Assembly: GCA_965219415.1 (NCBI GenBank)
Contig: CBDCNP010000002.1
Span: 128,001-192,000 of the forward strand
Direction: 5' to 3'
DNA from: Candidatus Marinacidobacterales bacterium
GTDB lineage: Bacteria; Acidobacteriota; Vicinamibacteria; Marinacidobacterales; DATDRI01
DNA length: 64,000 nucleotides
The position numbers and the translations under genes are program-made. Below, in pieces: positions 47,751 to 57,219 of the stretch. The notes below the pieces were generated by a model, which ran no database searches, was not told where the DNA came from, and was given only the letters and a program-made list of their open reading frames with translations. The first letter of the stretch is position 1, and every line of letters starts with the position of its first letter.

Positions 47751-48533
47751 TCAGTTTCTCGCGGATCGGGACGATCTGGTTAGGCGGACCGGAACCCCGC
47801 GCTCGGCCAAGAAATGTTTTGCCTCGCGAACGCGATAGGTCCCGAAATGAAAAACGGAAGCGGCGAGGACAGCGCTCGCCTTGCCTTCGGTCAGTGCTTC
47901 TTCCAGGTGTTCGAGCCTCCCGCAGCCCCCGGATGCGATGACCGGAATGGAGACCTCTTCAGCGATCGCGCGCGTGAGTGGTATGTCGTAGCCCTCCTCC
48001 GTGCCGTCACGATCCATGCTGGTCAGGAGAATCTCACCCGCCCCCAATTCCTCCGCCCGTTTCGCCCAGGCCACCGCATCGATCCCGGTAGCGGTGCGGC
48101 CTCCGTTGACGAACACTTCGAACCCACCGTTTCCGCGTTTTGCGTCGATGGCAAGCACCATGCACTGTTTCCCGAACCTCTGAGCGCCTTCATTGAGTAG
48201 CTCGGGCTCTTTCACCGCCGCGGTATTGATGGCGACCTTATCCGCTCCTGCTTCTAGAATGGATTTCATGTCATCCACTGTTCGAATGCCGCCCCCCACG
48301 GTAAAGGGGATGGTCAACGTGTCTGCCATCCGCTCCACCATGCGACGCTTTGTGGCCCGCTGCTCGTGGGAGGCGGTGATATCCAAGAAGACGAGCTCGT
48401 CGGCCTCTTCTTCGTCGTAACGCGACCCCGCCTCTACCGGATCACCAGCATCCACGATATCAACAAAACGTACGCCCTTGACCACGCGTCCCTGGTCGAC
48501 GTCCAAGCAAGGGATGATCCGCTTTGCCAGCAT
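47751..48533 (-). CDS. hisF: Imidazole glycerol phosphate synthase cyclase subunit
   Basis: [39 protein letters not shown]; start at ATG 48533. Confidence 0.97.
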   Translation of the reverse strand: MLAKRIIPCLDVDQGRVVKGVRFVDIVDAGDPVEAGSRYDEEEADELVFLDITASHEQRATKRRMVERMADTLTIPFTVGGGIRTVDDMKSILEAGADKVAINTAAVKEPELLNEGAQRFGKQCMVLAIDAKRGNGGFEVFVNGGRTATGIDAVAWAKRAEELGAGEILLTSMDRDGTEEGYDIPLTRAIAEEVSIPVIASGGCGRLEHLEEALTEGKASAVLAASVFHFGTYRVREAKHFLAERGVPVRLTRSSRSARN

Positions 48534-48534
48534 G

Positions 48535-49266
48535 TCAACCCGAAACCGTTCCCGCTTCGATGGCGGCGGCCAATGTGAAGACTTTGTCGTAGAGCGCACG
48601 GCCGACGATGACCGCTTCCACCCCGTCTTCCCCTGCCGGCTGAAGACGACGGAGATCTTCCAGCGAGCCGATCCCACCCGAAGCGATGACCCGCGCCCCG
48701 GTTTCCTTCGCGAAGCGTTTGACCCCGTCCACGTTGGGTCCAGTGAGAACGCCGTCTCGCGAGATGTCGGTATAGATGAACCGGCTGGCGCCTCTATCCA
48801 CCCATTGCTTGCCGAGCTCGAGGGGTCCGAGCGCCGAGTCCTCTTCCCAACCGCGAATGGATACTTTGCCTTTCCGCACGTCGACCCCGATAGCGACCGC
48901 CTCCGGAGCAATCGCCAACGCCTGTTGCACGACCGACGGGGTTTCCACGGCCGCGGTGCCGAACACCGCCCGAGCTGCCCCCACCTGCATCAGCCATTCG
49001 AAGTCTGCGATGTCCCGAATCCCGCCTCCGACCTGAACCGAGGCTTGGACCGCGCTGAGTATTTCTTGAATGGCGGAGCGATTCCCCCGCTGGCGCTCGA
49101 AGGCGGCATCGAGATCAACGATGTGGAGCATCTCCGCTCCTTGCGCCTGCCAATCCCGAGCAACTTCCGCGGGATCGTCACCGTACACGGTTTCCGTTCC
49201 GCGCTCTCCGCGCACCAGACGCACACATCGTCCCCCTTCGATGTCGATCGCCGGGATGATGGTCAT
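48535..49266 (-). CDS. hisA: ProFAR isomerase
   Basis: [42 protein letters not shown]. Confidence 0.96.
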   Translation of the reverse strand: MTIIPAIDIEGGRCVRLVRGERGTETVYGDDPAEVARDWQAQGAEMLHIVDLDAAFERQRGNRSAIQEILSAVQASVQVGGGIRDIADFEWLMQVGAARAVFGTAAVETPSVVQQALAIAPEAVAIGVDVRKGKVSIRGWEEDSALGPLELGKQWVDRGASRFIYTDISRDGVLTGPNVDGVKRFAKETGARVIASGGIGSLEDLRRLQPAGEDGVEAVIVGRALYDKVFTLAAAIEAGTVSG

Positions 49267-49278
49267 TGTGTCACCGCG

Positions 49279-49887
49279 TCAGGCCCGCCAGTAGTTCGTC
49301 AGGACTTTGAGGCCAAGCTGCTGACTCTTCTCCGGATGAAACTGGATCCCTGCCACGCGATCTTTGCTGGCTACCGAACAAAACGACACATCGTAATCCG
49401 TCTCGGCCTTGACCGCGTCGTCCCCGTCCGGATCGACGTAGTACGAATGCAGAAAATAGAAATAGTCGCCAGTCTCGACCCCTTCGAGAAGCCGGGCCGT
49501 TCCGTGGAGCTCGAGTTGGTTCCACCCAATATGGGGGACGGGGCGTTCGGTTGAGAAACGACGGACCTGCCCTGGAAGCAAACCGAGCCCCGAGACACCG
49601 GGGGCTTCCTCGCTGGCATCGAAGAGCATCTGGAACCCGACACAGATGCCGAGCAGTGAAGCGCCCTCCTCGATAGCCTCCCTCAACGGAGCCTCAAGGT
49701 CGCGGTCTCGAAGATTTCGCATTGCCGCTCCGAAATGTCCTACACCTGGCAGGACTAGTTGCTTCGCACGACGGATTTCCTCGCATTCTGCCGAAAGCTT
49801 GCTCGGCGCCCCGATGCGCTCGAAGGCACGCGCGACGCTCCCCAGGTTCCCGACGCCGTAATCGACGACGATCAGATTCTCCGGCAT
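49279..49887 (-). CDS. hisH: Imidazole glycerol phosphate synthase glutaminase subunit
   Basis: DYGVGNLGSV, LPGVG, GICVGFQ, PHIGWN, QFHPEKS. Confidence 0.97.
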   Translation of the reverse strand: MPENLIVVDYGVGNLGSVARAFERIGAPSKLSAECEEIRRAKQLVLPGVGHFGAAMRNLRDRDLEAPLREAIEEGASLLGICVGFQMLFDASEEAPGVSGLGLLPGQVRRFSTERPVPHIGWNQLELHGTARLLEGVETGDYFYFLHSYYVDPDGDDAVKAETDYDVSFCSVASKDRVAGIQFHPEKSQQLGLKVLTNYWRA

Positions 49888-49890
49888 GGG

Positions 49891-50481
49891 CTAGTCCTTG
49901 AGTGTCCCTTTGGTCGAAGGGACTTCGGAACCACCAGTTCGGCGGACCGCTTCGCGAAGTGACCGTGCGAAACCCTTGAAGACGGTTTCGATGATGTGGT
50001 GGTTGTTGCCCCCGTGAAGCGATTCCACGTGGAGCGTCAATCGAGCGCGGTCGGAGAGAGCGCGAAAGAAGTCCTCGAAGAGCTCGGTTGGAAAGTCTCC
50101 TACCCGATCGGAGGTGAAGCGAACTCTCCAGCTCAGGTAGGGACGGCCCGAAAGGTCGACCACGACTCGAGCCAACGCCTCGTCGAGGGGAACGAAAGCG
50201 ATTCCGAAACGGTTGACCCCCGACTTGTCTCCCAGGGCTTCCTCCAAACAATCACCAAAGACCAGCCCGATGTCTTCCACCGTATGGTGGAAGTCCACGT
50301 GCAGATCGCCCTTCGCCTTGACCGAGAGATCGAGATTTCCGTGGTGGGCTAGCAGCTCCAACATGTGATCGAGAAAACCGATTCCGGTGGACACATCGGC
50401 CTTGCCGCTACCGTCCACGGTCAGCTGAACTTCGACCTCGGTCTCTTTGGTCGAGCGTTTCTTCTGCGCGATTCTATTCAT
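49891..50481 (-). CDS. hisB: Imidazoleglycerol-phosphate dehydratase (monofunctional)
   Basis: GIGFLDHML, DFHHTVED, NNHHIIE, PSTKG; no N-terminal phosphatase domain. Confidence 0.97.
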   Translation of the reverse strand: MNRIAQKKRSTKETEVEVQLTVDGSGKADVSTGIGFLDHMLELLAHHGNLDLSVKAKGDLHVDFHHTVEDIGLVFGDCLEEALGDKSGVNRFGIAFVPLDEALARVVVDLSGRPYLSWRVRFTSDRVGDFPTELFEDFFRALSDRARLTLHVESLHGGNNHHIIETVFKGFARSLREAVRRTGGSEVPSTKGTLKD

Positions 50482-51578
50482 TGAAGCTCCTCCACCGTCT
50501 CGCGAAGAGCACCTAGGAACTTGACGTTCTCATCGGGCCGGCCCACCGTCACCCTCAGGGCCCGGCTCAATCTGGGGTTCGAGCTCAAGTTACGAACCAA
50601 GACGCCTCGGGCGAGCAAACCGTCGAACACTTGCGTTGCCCCGGCGCTGCATTCGAATAGGATGAAGTTGGCCGCCGACGGATAGGGGTGAATGCCGTCC
50701 AAGTCGCGCAGCTTCCGATACAGCGCATCCCTTTCCTCCACGATCACGTTGGCTTGTTTCCGAATGAGCTCGTAATGATCACAGACCGCGAGCCCGACGG
50801 CGCGCGAAAAACCGTTCAGCGCGTACGGCAGTTGTGCTTTCTCTACCTCTTCCGCGAGCGCAGGCGCCGCGAGCAGGTAGCCAATCCGGAGGTCGGCGAG
50901 TCCCACGGCCTTCGAAAAAGTGCGCGACAAAGCCATGTGCGGATACCGGGGGAGGAGCTCCCTCGCAACCGAACCGCCGAACTCGAAATAGGCCTCGTCT
51001 ACCACCAAGAGACCTGGGCATTCCTTCGCGATTCGTTCGATTTCTGCCGCACTGAGCGTCGAGCCAGTGGGATTGTTGGGAGAGCACAAGAATACTAGCG
51101 CAGGTTGGTTCTCCTTTATCGCCCGGACGAAAGCATCGACGTCGTAGCGGTAATCCGGCCTCATTGGGACTTCCACCCTGTCCGCGCCCAGCATGCGGCT
51201 GACGTAGCCGTACAAGACGAAGGACGGAGTCGGGTAGACGACGCTTCGGCCCCGCTCGAGCGTCGAGAGGGCCAGCATATGGAGCAGCTCGTTCGAGCCG
51301 TTCCCCACCAAGACACCCTCGGCGGGCCAGTCATTGAGACTACCCAAGGCGCTCTTGAGCTCAGCCGCTTGTACGGGTGGGTATCGGTTCAGGGCAAGCT
51401 CGGACAGCGCGTCTCGAATGGCTCGTCCGAGGGCCTCGGGCGGATCATAGCTGCTCTCGTTTTGGTCGAGCTTGACCGATGCCGCGTGTGGCTCGAGTCG
51501 GTAGGCTCGGATCGAGCGAACCTCGGGTCGCAAACGGCCGAGAAGAGGCTCCGCCAGATCTCTTTCGCGGCTTGTCAT
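50478..51578 (-). CDS. hisC: Histidinol-phosphate aminotransferase
   Basis: KLDQNE, GNGSNE, CSPNNPTG, VDEAYFEF, RTFSKA. Confidence 0.95.
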   Translation of the reverse strand: MTSRERDLAEPLLGRLRPEVRSIRAYRLEPHAASVKLDQNESSYDPPEALGRAIRDALSELALNRYPPVQAAELKSALGSLNDWPAEGVLVGNGSNELLHMLALSTLERGRSVVYPTPSFVLYGYVSRMLGADRVEVPMRPDYRYDVDAFVRAIKENQPALVFLCSPNNPTGSTLSAAEIERIAKECPGLLVVDEAYFEFGGSVARELLPRYPHMALSRTFSKAVGLADLRIGYLLAAPALAEEVEKAQLPYALNGFSRAVGLAVCDHYELIRKQANVIVEERDALYRKLRDLDGIHPYPSAANFILFECSAGATQVFDGLLARGVLVRNLSSNPRLSRALRVTVGRPDENVKFLGALRETVEELQ

Positions 51579-52867
51579 TCCGAGAACCTCGTTGCAATCG
51601 ATCGAGCGTGCGCCTCGAACCCCTCGGCGCGGGCGAAGGCTTCGATGTCGTTTCGGTCCCGTGACAATTTCTCGCGACTATAGCGAATGAGGCTCGATCG
51701 CTTGATGAAATCATAAACACCCAGCGGAGACGCGAATCGCGCCGTGCCTCCGGTCGGCAGAACATGGTTGGGACCCGCGTAGAAATCTCCGATCGGCACC
51801 GGGGAGCTCGCACCCATAAAGATCGCTCCTGCATTCCTAACGCGTTGCGCTAGTGCTTCGGCGCCGTCGGCCATGATCTCGAGATGCTCGGGAGCCAACT
51901 CGTCGACCAACGCCACTCCTTGATCCAGATCGCAGACCAAGATCGCGGCGCCGTGTTTCTCGAGTACGGTGCGGATCATGGGGGCGCGCGGGAGGCCTTC
52001 CATCTGTTTGAGTATCTCGACGGCGACGGCGTCGATGAGCTCACGGGATGTGCAGACCAGAATAGCTCGCTCGTCTCCCGAACCGTGCTCGGCCTGAGAC
52101 AGCAGGTCGGCCGCCACGTATGCTGGATCGGCCGCGCCGTCCGCAAGCACGACGATTTCGCTAGGGCCGGCGAGAGAATCGATTCCCACGACGCCGTAGA
52201 GGAGTTTTTTCGCGCTCGTGACGTAGGCATTGCCGGGCCCGACGATCTTATCGACGCGCGGGACCCTTGCCGTGCCGAAGGCCATGGCGGCGACCGCCTG
52301 TGCGCCACCGACGCGAAACACCTCGGTCAGCCCAAGATCTTCGATCGCCGCGGCAAGGGCAGGTGAACGCTCGATCGTGCCGGGGGGTGTGCAGACGACG
52401 ATTCGGCGCACACCAGCGATCTGCGCCGGTACCGTATTCATGATGAGAGTCGACGGGTAGACCGCCTCCCCTCCTGGCACATAGACACCGACCGTATCGA
52501 GGGCACAGATCTTTTGCCCCACCAGGCTGCCGTCTTCGAGCTCAATGCTCCAGCTGGCTTCCTTCTGCCGTTCGTGGAAGCGACGGACGTTGTCTGCGGC
52601 GTTCACCAGTACCGACCGAATTGCCTGGGTAGCATTGGCTGCTTCGGCTGCGATCTGCCGGGCATCCACGCGCAATTCGTTTGGTCCGAGGCGGACACCG
52701 TCTAGCCTCTCCGCGAGCTCGACCAACGCATCATCCCCTTCGAATCGTACGGAACGAATGATCTCTTCGACACGCGTCACAATCTCAGGAGGTGTCACGC
52801 CCGCACCGGAGAGGCCCTCTCCCCGTTCGGTGAGGAAATCGTCCGGATTTTCGAACACGCGAATCAT
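51575..52867 (-). CDS. hisD: Histidinol dehydrogenase
   Basis: GVYVPGG, GGAQAVAAMAFG, GPGNAYV, AGPSE, QAEH, APEHL, GPNHVLPT. Confidence 0.97.
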   Translation of the reverse strand: MIRVFENPDDFLTERGEGLSGAGVTPPEIVTRVEEIIRSVRFEGDDALVELAERLDGVRLGPNELRVDARQIAAEAANATQAIRSVLVNAADNVRRFHERQKEASWSIELEDGSLVGQKICALDTVGVYVPGGEAVYPSTLIMNTVPAQIAGVRRIVVCTPPGTIERSPALAAAIEDLGLTEVFRVGGAQAVAAMAFGTARVPRVDKIVGPGNAYVTSAKKLLYGVVGIDSLAGPSEIVVLADGAADPAYVAADLLSQAEHGSGDERAILVCTSRELIDAVAVEILKQMEGLPRAPMIRTVLEKHGAAILVCDLDQGVALVDELAPEHLEIMADGAEALAQRVRNAGAIFMGASSPVPIGDFYAGPNHVLPTGGTARFASPLGVYDFIKRSSLIRYSREKLSRDRNDIEAFARAEGFEAHARSIATRFSE

Positions 52868-53502
52868 TGCTCCACCTCGCGGGCCAAAGACGAAACGAAC
52901 TCACCCAAGACGCGCCCCTTGAGCCGAAAGCTGGCCCGGTTGATGATGAGCCTCGCCGTGCTCTCGAAGAGCACTTCATCGATTTCCAGCCCGTTGGCCG
53001 CCATGGTTTTACCGGTTTGCAGGAGGTCGACGATGCAATCCGCCAACCCCAGGACCGGGGCGAGCTCGACCGAGCCGGAAAGGAGAATGACTTCCACCGG
53101 AATTCCGTGACCGTGAAAGTAGCGAGACGCTACTTCGGGATACTTCGTCGCAACTCTCACCAATGGCAGATCCCGATAAGCCCCGGGTCGCTGATTCTGA
53201 TCACGAGCCACCACCATCTGACAGCGACCAATGCGTAAGTCGAGCGGCTGGTAGACGTCCGGGTTGATCTCGGAAAGAACATCGTTTCCGACGATGCCGG
53301 CATCGACGACGCCGTGCTCGACGTAAGTCGGCACGTCGCGATCCTTTACGAGCACCGACGACTGATCTCGCCTGTTCGAGACGTGCAACTTCCTGGCCTC
53401 GCGGACGTCGTTCGGAAGGGCGAAGCCCGAGCGCGTGAGAAGCGCCACCGTTTCGTCGAAGATCCTGCCGGTGGGAAGCGCCAGGCGTATGGCGGTCGTC
53501 AA
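52864..53502 (-). CDS. hisG: ATP phosphoribosyltransferase (short form)
   Basis: DVPTYVEHG, RVATKYP, GSVELAP, IVDLLQTGKT; 212 aa. Confidence 0.95.
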   Translation of the reverse strand: MTTAIRLALPTGRIFDETVALLTRSGFALPNDVREARKLHVSNRRDQSSVLVKDRDVPTYVEHGVVDAGIVGNDVLSEINPDVYQPLDLRIGRCQMVVARDQNQRPGAYRDLPLVRVATKYPEVASRYFHGHGIPVEVILLSGSVELAPVLGLADCIVDLLQTGKTMAANGLEIDEVLFESTARLIINRASFRLKGRVLGEFVSSLAREVEQ

Positions 53503-54584
53503 CCTAACCTCACCTTCTCGCCCTTTCGCCGGCGTTCCATGGCTTCCCCGAGAGCTCGCGCGGGTTCTTTCTCGAGGGTGATGGCTTTCGACGCTGGTTT
53601 GGGCGGGAGCTTTTTCTCGTCGACCTTGTGCGCCAAGCGATCGAGGGACAAGGAAAAACCAACCGCTGGATGCGGCATACCGAATTTCGTTAGGAGGGAG
53701 TCGTATCGACCTCCTCCACCAAGCTCCAGCCCAGTGCCCGGTGCGTGAAGCTCGAAGATCATTCCCGTGTAGTAATCAAAATCTCGAACCTCGCCGAGAT
53801 CAAATTGGATGCGGTCGCCGAAGCCGAGAGCATGAAGCTCTTTGGAAATGGCACCGAGCCGTTCCAACGCGGCTTGGCTCTCCGGCCGAGTGGCAACGGC
53901 CTGCGCTCGATCGAGGATCTCGAGGCCGCCGAACAAACGCATCGCTTCCAAGACCGCGGTCGGCACTACTCTTCCCAGAACGGCACCGGCGCGATCGGCA
54001 TTTCGAGCTCGCATCGCTTCTAGAAGTTCTGGCTGGACGCCCGGTGATACCTCCGAATCCTCGAGCACACCGACCAAGAAACCTGTATGCCCGAGCGTCA
54101 GGACCGCGTCGTTCACCCCCAGTCGCCCCAGTGCCTCGAAGGCCACGAGCAATACTTCCAAATCGGCGGCCAATCCGTTGCCGATGTGCTCTAGGCCGAT
54201 TTGAAAGAGCTCCTTTTGTTGTCCCGCCTGGGGCGGTTGGTACCTGAGCACTTCGCCGCTGTAGAAAAGTCGCAATGGCAGCGAGCGGTCTTGCATCCGG
54301 GAGGCAACGACTTTGGCCACCAGTGCGGTGAAGTCGGGCCGGAGCGCCAACAACTCCCCCGCCCGCCCGATGAAACGATAGATCTGCTCGGCGAAACTGG
54401 GCCCACCGGCACGCGCAAAGACCTCGTAGTAGTCGAAGAGAGGGACGATAATTTCTTCGTACGACCAGCCGGAAAAGACGTCACCGACCACCCGCTCCAC
54501 TTGCTTGCGGAGTCGCGCCTCGCGCCCGTAGAAGCATTGCACTCCTGAGGGTATCTGTAGGTTAGAGCGTTGATTCATAGCCAC
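53499..54584 (-). CDS. hisZ: ATP phosphoribosyltransferase regulatory subunit
   Basis: HisRS-like LALRPDFT, FQIGLE, DYYTG, GGGRYD, AVGFS; adjacent to the short hisG. Confidence 0.93.
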   Translation of the reverse strand: MAMNQRSNLQIPSGVQCFYGREARLRKQVERVVGDVFSGWSYEEIIVPLFDYYEVFARAGGPSFAEQIYRFIGRAGELLALRPDFTALVAKVVASRMQDRSLPLRLFYSGEVLRYQPPQAGQQKELFQIGLEHIGNGLAADLEVLLVAFEALGRLGVNDAVLTLGHTGFLVGVLEDSEVSPGVQPELLEAMRARNADRAGAVLGRVVPTAVLEAMRLFGGLEILDRAQAVATRPESQAALERLGAISKELHALGFGDRIQFDLGEVRDFDYYTGMIFELHAPGTGLELGGGGRYDSLLTKFGMPHPAVGFSLSLDRLAHKVDEKKLPPKPASKAITLEKEPARALGEAMERRRKGEKVRLG

Positions 54585-54663
54585 TGCCGCTTTCGGGCGT
54601 CAAAGAAGGGCGGGAGGCAAACTGCGACCTCGCCACACGCCAGATCAGACCCCTGTGACATTA

Positions 54664-56154
54664 TTAGCTCTGACCCCAGCGTCGGTGCATTTCGGCTCGG
54701 GCCGCGCTTTCCATGACCCCCGCGTCTCCCGTCCTTCCGGTCCACAACTTCGACTGCCGCACCGCCTGGGCCACAAGCATCTCGAGACCCGGCACCGCGA
54801 AAGCCTTTCTATCTCTGGCCAACTCGAGGATCTCCGTTTTCTCCAGGTCGTAAATCATATCCAGAACAAGAGCACCGGGCCGGAACGCCTCGATCTGCTC
54901 CGCGGAGTCAACGTCGATCAGTCCTTCATATAAAGGAGTGGCGTTGACCAAGATATCCCATCGATGAGCGGCAAACTCGCCTATTTCGCCCGCATCTCCC
55001 CCTACGAGGTCGGCGACGCTGCGTGCTTGCTCCAACCTGCGCGCGAGAACCACGACCTCGGCCCCCGCCTGTCCCAATCCAACTGCGGCGGCGCGGGCCG
55101 CCCCACCACCACCAAGAACTAACGCGCGTTTCCCTTCGATACGGAGACGACGGGACACCGGATCCACGACCCCTTCCACGTCGGTATTGAACCCGCACCA
55201 CCGTCCGCCTCGAGCGACAACCGTGTTGACCGCCCCCGGCTCCTCGGCCGACCGATCCACGTCGCCTAGGAAGGGCAGGATAGATTCCTTGAACGGCCGG
55301 GTTACGGAAAAGCCGGCGACACCGAGCTCCTTGGCGGCTGGAACGAAGAGAGCGAGACTCTCTTCTTCAAAGGGAACGTAGATCGCGTTCAATCCGGCAT
55401 GGGCGAATTGGGCGTTGTGCATCGCCGGCGAGAGGCTACCGAGCGCCGGCCGCCCGAGTATCCCGTAGATTTTTGTTGTCGCGTCTACCGTCCGGAAACG
55501 GTAAGTGCTCAGGAGCTCGTCGAGATCGAGCTGTCCTGGACCCGTCGCAGGTAATCCGCGCGCCGCGGCATAGGTGAGGTTGCCGCCTAGCCGATTGGCG
55601 ATCACCCGACCGGCGGTCCCGGCGGGGCCCATAGGGATCGGAGCGAATCCGACGCCACGGCTTCGAGCAAGTCGACCCGCCTCGCCGAGCCGAACCACAT
55701 CGGCAAGCGAGCCTGCCCGCGCCGCCACCTTGACGATATCGGCGCCCGCTACCGCGGCGCGCTCAACGATCTCCGACAAATCGTCCGGCATCCCATCGAA
55801 TTTGTGGTGAGACAGAATCAGCCGTGAAGAAGTTTCCATCGTACGAAGCTCGTCGGAGAAGGAGTCCAGTTCGATGTCAACGAAGTCGAAGCCCAACCCC
55901 ATAGCCCGTCGCAAAATCTCGAGGCGCTCGCGCTCCGAGCCCTGGAACACTCCTCCCTCTCGCCGAGTGCGGCAGGTAAGGATTAGAGGCCTGGTGCCCG
56001 CCCTCCGTAGGCCTTCTAAATCGAGGTCTTGGAGAGCGTCAACGCGAAGCTCCACGAGGTCTGCACCCTCGCAGGCGTCCTCAGCAGCCCGCCGCATTTC
56101 CTCGGCGGTAGACGCCATAACCGCCGCCACTACGCGAGTCGCAGCCCCCGCCAA
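54664..56154 (-). CDS. aroDE: Fused type I 3-dehydroquinate dehydratase / shikimate dehydrogenase; start uncertain (TTG 56154 or 56184)
   Basis: DHQase I: VELRVD, TCRTRREGG, ILSHH, DIVKVA, APG-like TGPGQ; SDH: SLSPAMHN, SVTRPFK, AVNT, NTDVEG, GGGGAARA, GLEMLVAQA. Confidence 0.9.
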   Translation of the reverse strand: MAGAATRVVAAVMASTAEEMRRAAEDACEGADLVELRVDALQDLDLEGLRRAGTRPLILTCRTRREGGVFQGSERERLEILRRAMGLGFDFVDIELDSFSDELRTMETSSRLILSHHKFDGMPDDLSEIVERAAVAGADIVKVAARAGSLADVVRLGEAGRLARSRGVGFAPIPMGPAGTAGRVIANRLGGNLTYAAARGLPATGPGQLDLDELLSTYRFRTVDATTKIYGILGRPALGSLSPAMHNAQFAHAGLNAIYVPFEEESLALFVPAAKELGVAGFSVTRPFKESILPFLGDVDRSAEEPGAVNTVVARGGRWCGFNTDVEGVVDPVSRRLRIEGKRALVLGGGGAARAAAVGLGQAGAEVVVLARRLEQARSVADLVGGDAGEIGEFAAHRWDILVNATPLYEGLIDVDSAEQIEAFRPGALVLDMIYDLEKTEILELARDRKAFAVPGLEMLVAQAVRQSKLWTGRTGDAGVMESAARAEMHRRWGQS

Positions 56155-56182
56155 GATGGGGTCGGTTCCCCTCTTTGTATCC

Positions 56183-56214
56183 AAAAAAAAACCTCTTCAG
56201 GCGACCTGAAGAGG
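56183..56214 (-). terminator. Intrinsic terminator (attenuator) in the operon leader
   Basis: CCTCTTCAGG-TCG-CCTGAAGAGG followed by T9, located between the promoter and the first structural gene. Confidence 0.9.
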
Positions 56215-56304
56215 AAAATACCGTCCGGCATCTTACATCCCCAGGCTCCCTATTGTGGCCGGCGTGTCAACGTGTCAGCGTGACACGCCGGGCTAGGCGC
56301 CCAG

Positions 56305-56424
56305 CTAGGCCCCGTAATGGTACCGATGGTACGTAAGATGCGCGAAACTACCGTCTGTACAAGCCCCGAGACACGGAAACGCCTTCAACGCCGTCATCGC
56401 TAGCACTGTCACTCGTGGGCTCAT
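56305..56424 (-). CDS. His/Tyr-rich attenuator leader peptide (39 aa; alternative start ATG 56397)
   Basis: MSPRVTVLAMTALKAFPCLGACTDGSFAHLTYHRYHYGA-stop; 3 His + 3 Tyr in 9 codons (56314-56340). Confidence 0.8.
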   Translation of the reverse strand: MSPRVTVLAMTALKAFPCLGACTDGSFAHLTYHRYHYGA

Positions 56425-56443
56425 TTTCGACCTTGCGCTTCAA

Positions 56444-56472
56444 ACGCTACACCCGCCACTTTTTCATGTCAA
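56444..56472 (-). promoter_or_regulatory. Sigma70-type promoter of the aro-his operon
   Basis: TTGACA-17 nt-TAGCGT, ~20 nt upstream of the leader ATG. Confidence 0.75.
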
Positions 56473-56614
56473 GTGACACTCCAGTTCCATGAGTCGCACC
56501 ACCCGCAATTTTCTGAGTTGGCGAGCACTCTTTTCTTGTAACGTCACCGCTCGGGTGCTATATAAAAAAGGTTCTCGATTTCATCGTGGACCCGAATCGA
56601 GGCGCGCCGTGAAT

Positions 56615-57136
56615 ATGAACCGGATCTTGAGATCCGTCGTTTTCTTTAAACACGTCAGCGACCGTCATGTCCATCAACTGGTGGACATGGCGCGACTGCA
56701 AACCGTAGAGAACGGAGAGGTCGTCTTCTCCGAAGGTGAGGCCGAGAACCACCTCTACCTGATCGAGAGCGGCCGTATTCAGATCTCTCGCGATGGGCCT
56801 CACTTTGGCCGCCAAACCTTCGCGCTCCTCGGCCCCGGAGATCACTTCGGCACCTTGTCGCTCTTCTACCCCGATCCCCACTTCGCGTCGGCCATCGCTG
56901 TCGAGTCGACGCGCCTTTGGATCATCCGCCACGACGACTTCCAGGCCTGCCTCCGGAAACAACCGAAGCTTGCCTTCGCAGTCCTCAAGGGAATGGTGCT
57001 CGGCATCCGAACCGCCAACGGCGAAATCCGACGGCTGACGACACTCTTCGATCAACGATCTCGCTCGGCAATCGAGCTGCCCACAAAAGGACGCTCGACT
57101 CACCCATCGGTCCCACTCCCACCCCCGACGAATTGA
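56615..57136 (+). CDS. Cyclic-nucleotide-binding domain protein (Crp/Fnr-like, no clear HTH)
   Basis: VFSEGEAENHLYLIESGRIQI...LLGPGDHFGTLSL...FASAIAVESTRLW. Confidence 0.8.
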   Translation: MNRILRSVVFFKHVSDRHVHQLVDMARLQTVENGEVVFSEGEAENHLYLIESGRIQISRDGPHFGRQTFALLGPGDHFGTLSLFYPDPHFASAIAVESTRLWIIRHDDFQACLRKQPKLAFAVLKGMVLGIRTANGEIRRLTTLFDQRSRSAIELPTKGRSTHPSVPLPPPTN

Positions 57137-57219
57137 CCCCGGCGGAACCTTCCGGAGTAACAGACCCCGGAAAACCTTGATTCGTCTCTGTTTAAGGGAA
57201 CACATCAGACGAGAGGGTT

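Noticed and set aside
47751-48911. 386-aa extended HisF ORF
   Set aside because: The extension overlaps hisA in another frame; canonical HisF starts at [11 protein letters not shown] (48533).
56220-56345. SAM-I riboswitch or T-box interpretation of the aro-his leader
   Set aside because: Lacks the conserved S-box core and T-box motif; the His/Tyr leader ORF with alternative helices explains the region better.
56344-56352. GAAACTACC identical to the IS110 subterminal repeat, inside the leader
   Set aside because: A 9-mer with no core or other IS sequence around it; chance match.
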